Shown: positions 1 to 12,874, counted from the stretch's first letter. The stretch is DNA of 64,000 nucleotides from Salpingoeca rosetta (GCA_033442325.1 JAWQFM010000005.1:1923665-1987664); one strand, 5' to 3'. Numbers and translations are program-made. Notes: generated by a model not told the origin, from the letters alone.

Positions 1-9
1 AACAACAAG

Positions 10-375
10 CCTGCTCTGATGCGGGCGTACAAGAAGACGACGCTGCGCGATGGCGATGGCGACTCGTGGGTGGAGAAGAAGGAGTTCCCTGCGCTCCTGT
101 CCAACCTGCTCTACTTCAACTGCCTGTTTGACGCCTTTGACGACATTGACACGGACGACGACCGGCGCGTGGACTTTGAGGAGTTCAAGAAGGGCCTGAA
201 GGTGCTGGACATGAAGATGGGCGAGCAGGACGCGCGCGATGAGTTTGCGCTCATGGACGAGAACGGCGGCGGCGTTGTGCTGTTTGACGAGTTTGCGGCG
301 TGGGCTGCCCAGTCTGCCTGCCCCGTCAACGACGTGGTCATGACCGAGTTCACCACATCCGATGACAAGATCTGA
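10..375 (+). CDS. Last exon of an EF-hand Ca-binding protein, flagellar calcium-binding protein (calflagin)-like; 5' part lies outside the window
   Basis: Probable AG acceptor at 8-9. EF loops DTDDDRRVDFEE and DENGGGVVLFDE. The C-terminal FDEFAAWA resembles calflagin/FCaBP. Confidence 0.8.
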   Translation, partial: PALMRAYKKTTLRDGDGDSWVEKKEFPALLSNLLYFNCLFDAFDDIDTDDDRRVDFEEFKKGLKVLDMKMGEQDARDEFALMDENGGGVVLFDEFAAWAAQSACPVNDVVMTEFTTSDDKI

Positions 376-3300
376 TGACGGTCACATGCGCCTGCAGTGG
401 TGTGTGCGTGTGCTCGTGTGCCTGCAGTGGTGTGTGCGTGTTCGTGCGCGTGCTTGTGCGCGTGCTTGTGCGCGTGCTTGTATGTGATAGAAGCCTTTTA
501 TGTAGACGCCTTTTTTTCTTTTCTTTTCTTTCCTTTTCGTTTCTTCGTTCCGATGTTGTCCTCTCGCTGTCAGACACGTATCATCGCTGGTTGTTTGCTT
601 CTTTGCGGGGGGGGGGGCAACTGTTTTGTTTGTCTCCATTGTAATGTGGCGCGTTTAGGTCTTGATGGTGGTTGCCTGGCGTTACACCTTTTTGCCCAAT
701 GACTGCATCTTCCACCTTGATGGGGACTGTTTCGTTCGCTGTGTGCGCGTGTGCGTGTAGTATTATGTGCTGTGTGTGTGTACGTATATGTCGTTTTGGG
801 TGTATGTGTGTGTGTTGGTTTGTGTGATCTTGATCGTTGGGCTCCAACACGTTGTTGTGTGCTCCTTCCTCCCTCCCTCCCGCCCTCCAATCCCCTCCCC
901 CCAACGTACACATACACACTATTCCCCACATCGTCTCCATCTCACACCACCTCACCCACAGCACTCACTCATTCTCTCTCCGGCCACATGTTGTCTTTCC
1001 TTATTGTGTGTGCGTGTGTGTGTGTGTTTTTTTTTCTTCTGTATTTCGTATTGTGATTGGCTTGTTGCACAAGTGCGCCCATCCCTGTTCCTTTCCACTC
1101 AATGCCGTAGTTGTTGCCTGTGCTTTGCTTTTTGTGTTGAGATGAGAGCATGTCTTGCTTTGTCATGTCATCTCATCGCCCTCGGTGTTTCTTACTTGGC
1201 CCCCTCTTTTTTTTTTCTCCCCTTGTTGTTGATGTGAACGAATGAACGAATGAACGAATGACACCGCTGAATCCATGGGTGATGAGGAAGCGTGGAAAGG
1301 ACAGCACTCTTGTCAACCAAGTGAAGAAGCATGACTGGCAAAGCAGTGGCCATGCCGCCATCCACCCATGCGTGGTTGAGTACCCTACCCTTCCATTTCC
1401 AGCATTTCCTCATGACACTACACGTCATTGCTTCATCTTCTCGCTGCTGCTCTGCTGCTCTGTTGCTTGATGAGTAGATTACCCATACACTTATACACTA
1501 CAGTCGCCACCCAAAACCCACTGCCACAGCAGCGCAGCAGCATGCCAAGTCCACCCATCGCAAATAATTGCTGCAGTGGGCTGCGGTGGCACTCGATGAT
1601 TGCGAAGCAAAGTGCGAAAGGGAGCTCTTGCTTCATCGGGCTTTACAACCACGTTTGGGGGCGCGAAGATGGCGCGGTTGCGACGATGTTGCTGGCACAC
1701 GCGCTTGGTTGGAAGGCCAAGCCTTGCACTGCAACAGTGGCGCCACCACAACAACCGCGCACCGATATGCCACGTTGCCAGTCAAACACTGCGCGGCAAC
1801 CAGTAACAAAAAAGTTGCCATCCCACAATCGTCTTGCTTCTTGCACATGTTGCATCGGTACGTTCAACGCGTTTCAACGAAACACCGAATGTCCATGTGG
1901 GTTGTGCATTTCGAAGCCCCGAACTTGCATGACATGCACGCACACAACCGTTATCGTTTTGCTTGCCGTTGCGCGACTGATTGGTGGTTGCGTAGGGCTC
2001 CCTGCCGCCACCACACACGCACAAAAAACCAGAAGAAGAAGAATTCATTCAAATCATCGTCAAAGCTCAAAGTGTGTGTGCGCCAGAATTGCTGCGCTGG
2101 TTGTTGGTGTGATGTGATCCGATTTCGACGCAGTTTGACCGTTTTGGTGGCGTTTTGTGTTTGTCAGGGTTCTGTTGTTGCATGCATGCACGGTGTTTGG
2201 CGATGGTGATGCTTGGCGCTTTCCCGAGCAACGGTGCCGTCCAACGGTCGTCAGCCACCGGTTCAACCGTCAGGGCAACCGTTTTTTTCCCTGGGCTGGT
2301 TGCGACGTCTGTGTTTACTTCGTGCGGTGTGGTGGTCGTGAAGCCTGACTTGACTGAGTGCATGTGCGTGCGTGCGTGCGTGCGTGCTTTCCCCACCCAT
2401 TGTTTTTTCTCTCTGTCTCTCGCTCGCTCCGCTGGCTGGCTGGCTGGTGTGCATTCCTCGCAGGGTGTGTTCGCCTTCTGTTTCAGTGAGTATTGCCTGC
2501 AAAGTGCGCGTGGCAGAGCGTGCGTGCTGTTGTGGTGTGTGTTTGGTTCACCGTTCAGCTTAGCCAGCCGATTGCTGTGCTCTGCTGTGCGCGTGTGTGG
2601 GAGGGAGGTGCGGTGTTCGGTTGGGTTGTTCGTTGTGCTTGTTCCCCCTCTCGCAACCGACATACCAGCGTTGCTTGAGCGTGTGTTGTGATGTGGAGTG
2701 CTGTGAGAGAGACACACGTTCGCATTCACATCACACCGCTGCGTAAGCTTTCCTGTCGATCCATCATCAGCCATCACCTGCAAGCGCGCACACACAGCCA
2801 CACTCGCTTACGGCGCAACACCGTGCCAAATACACAAGCAAGCAACAAGGGCACCCGCTCGCTGCACCCACCCCCCACCTGACTCTGTTGATCCGCCTTG
2901 ACGCGCACTTTCTCACTCCACTCCACCACGCATTCGTTGTTCTTGTGCTTGGTTGACGTGACCTCCGTGTGTGTGTGTGTGTACATGTGTCCTGGCGCTG
3001 CGTCGCTTGCTTGTTCCCTTGCTTGCTGGTACGTTCATTTCAACAGGGACCCACGCAACACCACAACCACACAACCACATACACACACACATCACATTCA
3101 TCACACCCGACTCCACCTTCCTTTCGGTGAGTGTGTGAAGTGGCCATGAATGATGCGGGGAGAGAGGGGAGGGAGGAGGGAAGAGAAGGTTATCGTGGAC
3201 GGACGCCCGGGGGGGGGGGATTGCGAGTTGATGCAGGGACAGATGGTGGTGATGTTGGTGGAAGAGATGATGGTGAGGTTGGTGGACCTGGGTGGGTGGC

Positions 3301-3720
3301 AAGCAAGCAAAGGGGCGGTGATCGTTGCTTGCATGCATGAGATGGTCGCCTGTTCACGGAGAGATGTGTTCGTGGAGAGATGTATCGACTGTGTTCACGG
3401 AGAGCAGCAGAACTTGCCATGTCCAGAGAGAACGAGAGAGACTTGAAAGGAGGGGCACAGCATGGACGATGCTCGTTGCTTGATTCCCCCCCCCAACAAA
3501 CAACATTCCATTTCCTTTCCTTTATTACCTTTCTTCCTTTCTGCGTGCATGACCACCACGTCTTCTCACCCATACGCACCCTCCCCCCCCCCTCTCTCTC
3601 TCTCTCGCTCGCATTTGGCAGGTGAAGGAAGAAGACAACCAAGCCTCGGCAACAAGGCGGGCGGACTGAAGCGCACGCACAGACACATACTGCGACTTTC
3701 CACACACAAGCAACACGGCA

Positions 3721-4465
3721 ATGCGGCTTGCGCTGATTGCGGTGCTGGCCCTGCTGGCAACCGCTGCCATCGCAAACGCTGAACTGAGTACGTGTGGCAT
3801 TGGGGAGAAAGAAGTGCTCTGAGGGAGAAGTGCGGTGCCCTGGTCCTCGTTTTGGATGCATGCCTCTGCCTGCATGCAGCTTGATGGTAGTGATGGTAGC
3901 CTTTGTCTTTGTTGAATCTGGTGCGCTGGTGCGGCGCTCGATATCTTTTCTTCTTTTGGTTTTTTCTTTCTTTGGTGACACGACATTTCCACCTCACACT
4001 CATTCGCACACACCACCACCACCACCACCACCACCAACAACAACAACGAAACAAAACCACACAGAGGGCGAGCGAGGCGACCCTGGCGAGCCTGGTGTCC
4101 CTGGCTGGGACGGTGCACAAGGCGACGGCGGTGACGGAGGCGACGGTGGCCTCAACGGTATCAACGGTGCAGATGGTCGCCCCGGCGATCGCGGTGACAA
4201 GGGTTTCGCAGGACGCGACGGCGAGAAGGGCGCACAGGGCGCTCCAGGTACGCAAACGTGTGTGTCGTGTGTCTAGTGACGTGGTTGTCAGCAGTGAAGG
4301 GAATGGTCTTGTTTGTGTTCACCTTTGTGCCGCGAGGAGCCATCCGCTCGCCTCCACGCCTACTCTTCTTTGTCATGCATCATGCCCAACGCGTCTCCTC
4401 ACACAACACAACACAACACAACACAACACAACACAACACAACACAACACAACACAACACAACACA

Positions 4466-4498
<33 letters not shown>

Positions 4499-5976
4499 CA
4501 CACACGCACAATAATAGGGACCCCTGGTGAGCCTGGCGACCAAGGCCCTGCTGGGCCTCGCGGTCCTCAGGGTAACCCTGGTACAGATGGCGCTGATGGT
4601 GACAAGGGCTTCCGAGGCGAGTCTGGTCTCCCAGGCACGGACGGTCGCCCAGGCGAAGATGGCCTCCCTGGCGACAAGGGCTTCCGCGGCGCAGATGGCT
4701 TTGACGGTGGGTGTGTGGTGGGTGTGTGGCCTGCGCTCATGTGTCGTGTGTGCGTGTGCTTGTGCGCGCATGTTTGCGTGTGTATGTGTGTGCTTGTGTG
4801 CGCGTGTTTACGTGTGTATGTATGTGTGTGTGTGTGCTTTTGTGCGCGCGCGCTTATTTGTTTCATCATTGTGTGTTTTGTGCGCGTGTGCCAAGTTGAT
4901 GATGGTGTTGCTTCGAAGCCTCCCCCCTAAAACTTGTTTATTTGTGTACTTGTATAACCCCCCCCCCCTTTTCGTGTGATGATGATGATGCTTGGGTGAC
5001 CCACCCTCCTTTGTCTTGCCTACTGTACTCACCACAACTGCAACCACGCTCTTTGCGCATGTCTACGCGCGTGTGTGCATGGCTTGTGTGCACAACAGGC
5101 ACGGTCGGCGTGAACGGACGCCCTGGTGACGACGGCGCAAAGGGTGCCAAGGGTGAGCAAGGCACACCAGGCTCCCGCGGCGCCACGGGCCCTGCGGGGT
5201 CTGATGGACGCCCTGGCGAGGACGGTCTGAACGGTGCCAAGGGTCAGGCTGGTGATGCCGGCTCCCGTGGTCCTCAAGGTGACAAGGGCCGCCGTGGTGC
5301 AGAGGGCCCTCGCGGTACCCCAGGTGCGTATCCGATGTTGATTGCCGACGTGTTGTGTTTGCCGTGTTTGATCTGATGTGTGTGCGTGTGTGCGTGTGTA
5401 TGCTTGTGTTTGCGTCTGTGTGTGCGTGTGTATGCTTGTGTGTGTGCGTGTGTGTGTGCGCGCGCGTCTGCGTGTGTATGTGTGTGTGTAACGTGGCAGT
5501 TGATGTGCGTCTGCGTGCATGTCATTGTATGTGACACCGTGGTTGGTGTGCGTGTTGCGACCTCGTGTACCTGATGCACGCCTTCCGTTCGCATTGCGCA
5601 AACATCTTTTTCGTTTTGCATCCCTCCACACTCGCCTCACACACTTGCCTTGCACACGCACACGCAATTGTACATGTTCAGGTGTCGATGGTACGCCTGG
5701 TGAGGATGGTATTCAAGGTCCCACAGGTTTCAACGGCCCCGCTGGTCCCAAGGGTCAGCGCGGCAACACTGGCATCCCTGGTAAGTGGCGCTGCATGTGC
5801 GCGCATGTGTGCGTGTGTGTGCAGTTGATAATCATTGGGCGCAGCGTGTATCATTGTCGGGTTTGATTTGTCCACCGATGAAGCGGTGACATTCAGCGAC
5901 GGGAAGTATTTTTTGCCCATGCGCTCGTTTTTATGTGTCGCTTTCTCTCACGACAACCAACAACAACCAACAACAA

Positions 5977-6041
<65 letters not shown>

Positions 6042-6657
6042 AATGACTGGCGGTTGCTTGTGTGTGCTGTACAGGTCGTGACGGAACCCCAGGAACTCCC
6101 GGTCGCAAGGGCCAGCGCGGGCCTGAGGGACCTGCTGGGCCCTCGGGTTTGGCTGGGCCCAAGGGTTTCCGTGGCACTGACGGCGTTGATGGCAGTCGCG
6201 GTGACCCAGGTCCCGCAGGCGAGGACGGTCTCAACGGTACCCCTGGTACCCCAGGCTCCCCAGGCACCCGAGGTATGTCTTCTGGGCGTATGTATGGATG
6301 TGTGGGTTTGTGCGTGCGTGCGTGTATGCACGTGCCGTTGCAGTGGTTCCTTTGATATTTCTGTTTTCTGTCACACGTTGCGCCTTTATGCATTGTCGTC
6401 TTTTTACACGCATGCCTTCACGTCGCGGACGTCATCATTGACATGACCTCACCTTCATGTGCAAAATCCCCCCCCCCTCTTAATTCTTTTGCAATGTCAC
6501 ACGTTGATTGTTGTGCACAGGTGACCCTGGTGATGCTGGTCCTCGTGGTAGCCCCGGTCTGGACGGGTGAGTTGAATGCAGATGCAGACATCGTCATGCA
6601 GACGCACGCACCCACTTGCACATTCTGCACATACATTTCCACACACACACACACACG

Positions 6658-6690
<33 letters not shown>

Positions 6691-9600
6691 GACACTCTTC
6701 CATCAACTACCTCGCTCTCGATTTACTCGCGGCTTTGTTAATCAACCGACGCAACGATAACGCACGGCTTTCGTCTGTTCTGCTTGCTTCTTCTTCCCTT
6801 CGTTGTGCAGTACGGACGGAGCTCGCGGTGACGCCGGTACACCCGGGCCCAAGGGTCTCAAGGGTCTTCGCGGTGTGGACGCTGCTGCTCGTGGTGCCCC
6901 TGGCCCACGTGGTGACAAGGGTCAGCGTGGTGAGCCAGGTCCCCCTGGTATCACTGGTGACAAGGGTTTCCAAGGCGAACCAGGCTTTGACGGTGCGTTT
7001 GTTGAAATTGTAAAAGAGGGTGTTATGTTGAAGTTGTTGTTGTTGGTGTTGTTTAAGTTGTTGTTGTTTAAGTTGTTGTTGTTGCTGTTGCTGTTGCTGT
7101 TGCTGTTGCGTTTGCGTTTGCGTTTGTGCTTGCGTTTGTGCTTGTACTTCGTGAACGTTTGCGACTGTTGTGTGATGTCCTCCTTGCTCGCATTCACACA
7201 CACACACACTCACTCGCACAATCAAACACACACACACACTCTCGTACACTCACTCACACACACTCACACACGTTTACAGGCACGGATGGTGCAAAGGGTC
7301 TTCGTGGGCCCCGAGGTGCTCCTGGCAACCCTGGTGTCGATGGTACAAATGGTGTGCCAGGGCCCCGTGGTGTGAAGGGCGAAGCTGGTGTCCCAGGTAC
7401 CCCTGGCCGCGACGGAGAGCAAGGTCTCAAGGGTGTGACAGGTCCCGCTGGGCCCAAAGGTTTCCGCGGTGTCTCTGGTGCTGATGGTGCTGATGGTGCC
7501 CCTGGTGACGTTGGCGAGCCTGGCTTGAACGGGACCCCAGGCACCCCAGGCCGCAACGGTGAAGACGGTCTTCGTGGCCCCAAGGGTGACACTGGTACGT
7601 TATTGTGGTTTCGCATACTGCGTGCGCTTACCTGCGTGTGCGTGAACATGCGTGCGCTTGCATCCTTGCGCTTGTTGTTTGCTGTTGTAAGTTTGCGGCG
7701 CTCTCGCCTGTCTTGCTGCTACGATTGGTTGCTATTACTGCTTCCGATCACAAACACGCAAACAAAACAACACGGTATTCACGTCCTCTCCCTCGCGCCT
7801 TTGTCACTCACGCCAATGCATCACCAAATGATGTTTTTTTTTTGTACTGCATTTCTTCACTTCAACCACAAACAGGTGCACAGGGTCCCCAAGGTGCCTC
7901 TGGCTTGGACGGTGCTCCTGGCCCCGACGGTATCCCCGGTAGCCCTGGCGACAAGGTGTGTACATTGCCTTGCTGCGTGTGTAGTTGCGCATTTTGTGTG
8001 TGGTTGTATCGTCGTGTTTTCGAGGAGTTGTATGTTTGTGTAGTTGTTCGAGTGTGTGTGCGTGTCGCATTTTTTTTTTGTGTGTGTGTGTTCGTGAAAC
8101 GAATGGATCATCCACCCACCAACGAACAAACGCCGGCACGCGCACACGTTCACGTACACGCACACGCACACGTTCACATACACACGCGCGCACTCGTTTA
8201 CTCATTGACACAATCATTTCTTTTCCTCAACAACAACAACTACTTTAACAACAGGGTGCACTTGGTGATACTGGTCCACGCGGTGCCCCAGGTGACCAGG
8301 GTCCAGCTGGCCCCCAGGGTCCGGCTGGTGAGCCTGGCCGTGACGGTCTGAAGGGTGAGCACGGTGACGCTGGTGCCCCTGGCGAAGACGGTGTTCAAGG
8401 CCCCGATGGTGATGCAGGCTTCACTGGCAGCGACGGACCCCGCGGCACTACTGGTGACGCAGGCATTCCAGGCACGGACGGAACCCCAGGTCGCAAGGGC
8501 CAGCGTGGTTCTCAAGGCGCCCGTGGTCCACAAGGTGCGTCGTTTGCCTGTTGTTGTTGTTGTTGTTTAGGTTGTTGTTGTCTCTGTTGTTGTTGTTTAA
8601 GTTGTTGTTGTTGTCTCTGTTGTTGTTGTTGTTTAAGTTGTTTCAGTTGTTGTTGCTTGTTGTTGTTGTTGTTGTTGTCTCTGTTGTTGTTGTTTAAGTT
8701 GTTTCAGTTGTTGTCTCTGTTGTTGTTGTTTAAGTTGTTTCAGTTGTTGTCTCTGTTGTTGTTGTTTAAGTTGTTTCAGTTGTTGTTGTTGTAACAATGA
8801 TGTATCAGGTTATGTCCTCCCCACTTCACACGTTGTGTCCTGCGCATCAAACCCATTTTACCATCACCAACTTTGCTCATCCCCCCCCCCAAACCCTCCA
8901 CGCCCCCCCCCCAAACTCTCACACACGATCGCCACACTGCAGGCTTCACTGGTGCGAATGGGCCTCGAGGCTTTGATGGTACGGACGGTGTCCCTGGTCG
9001 CAAGGGTCAACGCGGAACCTCAGGTGCCCCTGGCGTGAAGGGTGAGCGTGGCCCCGCTGGGCGCGATGGTACGGACGGTCGCCCTGGTGAGGATGGTTTG
9101 GATGGTGCTGATGGTGCCCCTGGCCCTCGTGGCTTCCCTGGGCCGAGTGGTCCAAAGGGTTTCCGCGGTACTGATGGTACCCAAGGCGACAAGGTGCGTG
9201 CTGTGCTGCTTGCGCGAGCTTTGTCTGCTTGACTAGGTGCAACTTGAGTGCTTGTGTTCGTGTGGTTGTTTGATGTTCGTTGCACGTTGTCTGCTTGATC
9301 GTTTGTTGGGTTGTTTGGTTGGTTGGTTGGTTGGTTGGTTGGTTGGTTGGTTGGTTGCTTTTCGTTCGTTCAGTGGTCGTTTTGATGTTTTGTCGTTTAC
9401 TGTTTTTGCATGCGTGTTGTCAACGTTTGACTTACCATGCGCAACTCACACATTGCTTTCTTTGCGTGTTGCGCAGGGCTTCCGCGGTGACGCTGGTCGC
9501 GACGGTACTCCAGGTGTGTTTGCACAACCCATTTCAATGTCTTTATGTTGCGTGATGCAACTCGTTTGCCGATCGGCACCACCCACCTCCAGCGCTCGTT

Positions 9601-10347
9601 TCTCCCTCAGTCGTTCGGTTGCAACCCTCCCCACACAACACGGTTTTTTTTCGTTCAAACTACCAATCTCACTCACCGCTTCACCACCATGCTATGCTGC
9701 TTGTATTGCGTTAGGTACCCCTGGTACTCCTGGCGAGGACGGCTTGTCTGGCCCTCGTGGGCCCCAAGGCCCGCGTGGTCTCAAGGGTCGCGCTGGTACC
9801 CCTGGTGAGTTGTCACACGCACGTACAAGAGAGAGAGAGAGAGAGAGAGAGTATGTGTGTGCGTGCGGTGTGTGTGTGTGTGTGTGCGGTGTGCGGTGTG
9901 CGGTGTGGTGTATGTGGCGTGTGTGTGAGTGTGTGTGTGTGCGGTGTGCGGTGTGCGGTGTGGTATGATTCACATTGCCATGCTATGTCATGTGTTGCAC
10001 TCGCTGTGCTCTCGCGCTCACTCACATACACGCACACATCACTTCCCTACTACCCCTCCTCTTCACGCCTTCTCCCCACCCCTCTTCCTTGCCTTACACG
10101 CGCAGGTACAATTGCTGAGGATGGTAACCCAGGTAACCCGGGAACACAGGGCCCTGCCGGTCCCCAAGGTCCTGGTGGTGATGCTGGTCCCAAGGGTCTG
10201 CAAGGTCCCCGCGGTCTTCCGGTACGTGTAAACGCGCGCACATGCTTCTTGTGCATGTTTAAGTTGTTGTTGTTGTTGTTTAAGTTGTTTAAGTTGTTGT
10301 TGTTGTTTAAGTTGTTGTTGTTGTTGTTTAAGTTGTTGTTGTTTAAG

Positions 10348-10390
<43 letters not shown>

Positions 10391-10894
10391 AGTTGTTGTT
10401 GCTGTTGCTGTTGCTGTTGTTGTTACCTTGTGTCGTGTGCTGATTGTTTTGTATTATGTTTGGTGTCGTGGTGGCTTGCGCCAACTCGCCATCACTCGCA
10501 CCACCGTAGTGGTCGTTGTCAGTTCACCTGCACTGTCGTTGTTTACATGCTGTCGCCATTGCACGCAATCAACATACACACATGCACACTTTGCGCCGAC
10601 ATCTTCTCACCCACTGACTTCTGTCTGTCCGCTCGTGATACGTGCCTATTCACTCTCCTCTCATTCTACAGGGCGAGAAAGGTCGCGTCGGTATCCCTGG
10701 TACCCCCGGTACACCAGGTACGGACACAGCCCATCGTTCATGATGTGCACTGCCCTCATCATGCGTCTGTATGTTAATTTTTCTCCACCTTCCCACTGCC
10801 ATTGCGCCACCGCCAACAAGCACCTCCCCCCGGCTCTTTCTTGTTGTCGCTCCTTCTCTCAAACACCCCCTTGTCACTCCTTCTTACGATTACC

Positions 10895-10941
<47 letters not shown>

Positions 10942-11363
10942 TCTCCTCTTCTCGTCATGGCATTTTGTCTCGATGAAGGTACCCCCGGTGACAAGGGCCA
11001 GCGCGGCGACGCCGGTTCCCCTGGTACTCCTGGTTCCCCTGGTGAGGATGGCTTGGATGGAAGCCCAGGCCCTCGCGGTATCCCTGGTGTTGATGGCGAC
11101 GATGGTGTGCCTGGCCCCAAGGGTCGCGCTGGTACCCCTGGTCTTGACGGAGCTCGCGGTGATCCAGGTACGGCACTTGTTGCATGTCCAACGTCGTTGT
11201 TGTTGTTTTATGTTGTTGTTGTTGTGCGTGTGCGTGTGTCGTGCTGCGTAGTGTCGTGTCGTGTTGTGGCGTGATTGCGCATGTTAACATGTTTGTACTC
11301 AACAACTCGTGCTCTTGAATTTTATTCTTTCAAACATTCGCGCTGATTGTGCGCTCACACATC

Positions 11364-11404
<41 letters not shown>

Positions 11405-12259
11405 CACATCAACACACACATCACATCAACACACACATCACACACACATCACACACAGGTCCCCAGGGTCCTGCTGGTGCCGATGCCGAGGATGGTTTGC
11501 CCGGCCCTGGTGGCGAGAACGGTGACGCCGGTGACCGCGGCTTCAAGGGCTTCCGTGGCGACCCTGGCCCACGCGGCGCAGATGCTGGCGATGGTGCACG
11601 CGGCTCAGACGGCCACCACGGTCTCAAGGGCGACAAGGGCAACACTGGTCCCACTGGTGTGAAGGGTCAGCCCGGTACGGACGGTGTCGATGGCGCTGAT
11701 GGCAGCCCAGGTGCCAAGGGCCAACCAGGCTTTGATGGTACGGATGGCCTCAAGGGCATGCGCGGTTACGTTGGTGACAGCATCCCGGGACCTAGTGGTG
11801 CCATTGGTGACAAGGGCCAGCGCGGCGACGGCGGTGACGGCGGCATCAAGGGTAACGTTGGTCTTCCTGGCTCTGCCGAGGCCATCCGCGCCTTTGAGAC
11901 AGACGCCGATTGGCGCGCGTTCAAGACCGAGTACGACGCTGCGGTTGCCAGCTTTGACAACTACGACGGCTCTTGCGACGATGTCATGGATGACTTTGAG
12001 ACTGCCCGCCAGGACGCCCGCGATCTCTACGACACCATGGAGGAGTTCTTCAGCAACATTGACCGTGCAGCGAGCGACGCGCAAACCGATATCCAAAACG
12101 CCCTCAACCAGTACGAGGCAGAGTGCGAAGAGCTTCGCGTCGAGACATACGCAACAGTTCAGGTTCGTCTTTGTGCATTTTGCGTCTGTGTGTATGTGCG
12201 CGCGCGCGTGTGCGCGTGTGCGCCTGTGTGTCTTTGGCGTTGCGTGTGTGTGTGTATGT

Positions 12260-12301
<42 letters not shown>

Positions 12302-12526
12302 ATGCAAGCATGTGTGGGGGGGGGGTGCGGCCATTTTCCATTTTGCCATTCTCCAGTCTTGTCTCTGTCTCTTCGCTTTTGTGCCTTTCCTCCTCGCCAT
12401 TTCTTCCTCACGCCCAATCTCCCTTCCTTCCTCCCCTCTCCCTTCTCTCTCCACCGCCATCTTCTGCAGGAAATGATTTCGGCCCTGCGCAACTGGGTCA
12501 ACTACTACACAGACGGCAGCGACTAA
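3721..12526 (+). CDS. Secreted collagen: signal peptide, about 981-aa Gly-X-Y domain, 113-aa helical C-terminal domain (about 1117 aa, 19 exons)
   Basis: Phase-consistent GT-AG exons: 3721-3787, 4065-4247, 4518-4706, 5099-5323, 5682-5780, 6075-6272, 6521-6566, 6811-6992, 7280-7594, 7876-7955, 8255-8534, 8943-9193, 9477-9513, 9715-9804, 10106-10221, 10672-10717, 10979-11167, 11459-12162, 12470-12526. They sum to 3354 nt. N-terminus [29 protein letters not shown]; the triplet register is kept across every junction. Confidence 0.93.
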
Positions 12527-12840
12527 GAGTCGTCCGTCCTCACACCACTCTTTTTCCGTTTTCTGGTGTGCTGTTGTTGTGTATGTATGTGTGTGTACGT
12601 AAGTGTACGTATGTACGTGAACCCCCCTCCGTTTATGCATGGCGGTTTCACTCTGCTTCCTCTCGGTGTACGCGACTTTTCGCGCGTGTGTTGTTCACTT
12701 GGGTGCGTGGCGCGCTCAGCGGTTCCTCATGCGCTTTTGTCATCGCTTGTTGTGCAAAGGCATTGGCTGTTGACTGTATCAACACCGTTGTTCGCTTGCA
12801 CGCCGCCTTCCTTTTCGTCCTTTGTTCCTTTTTCTGTCTC

Positions 12841-12874
<34 letters not shown>

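Noticed and set aside
376-3700. Many 60-260 aa ORFs upstream of the collagen
   Set aside because: Low-complexity, no recognisable domains or coding-like codon bias; probably UTR or intergenic.
7020-10430. Poly-Leu 'transmembrane' stretches apparently fused to collagen ORFs
   Set aside because: They are (GTT)n intron repeats read past clear GT donors.
12575-12620. UGUA-rich motifs in the collagen 3'UTR as Pumilio sites
   Set aside because: They read UGUAUGUA or UGUACGUA, not UGUANAUA, and lie in TG-repeat background.
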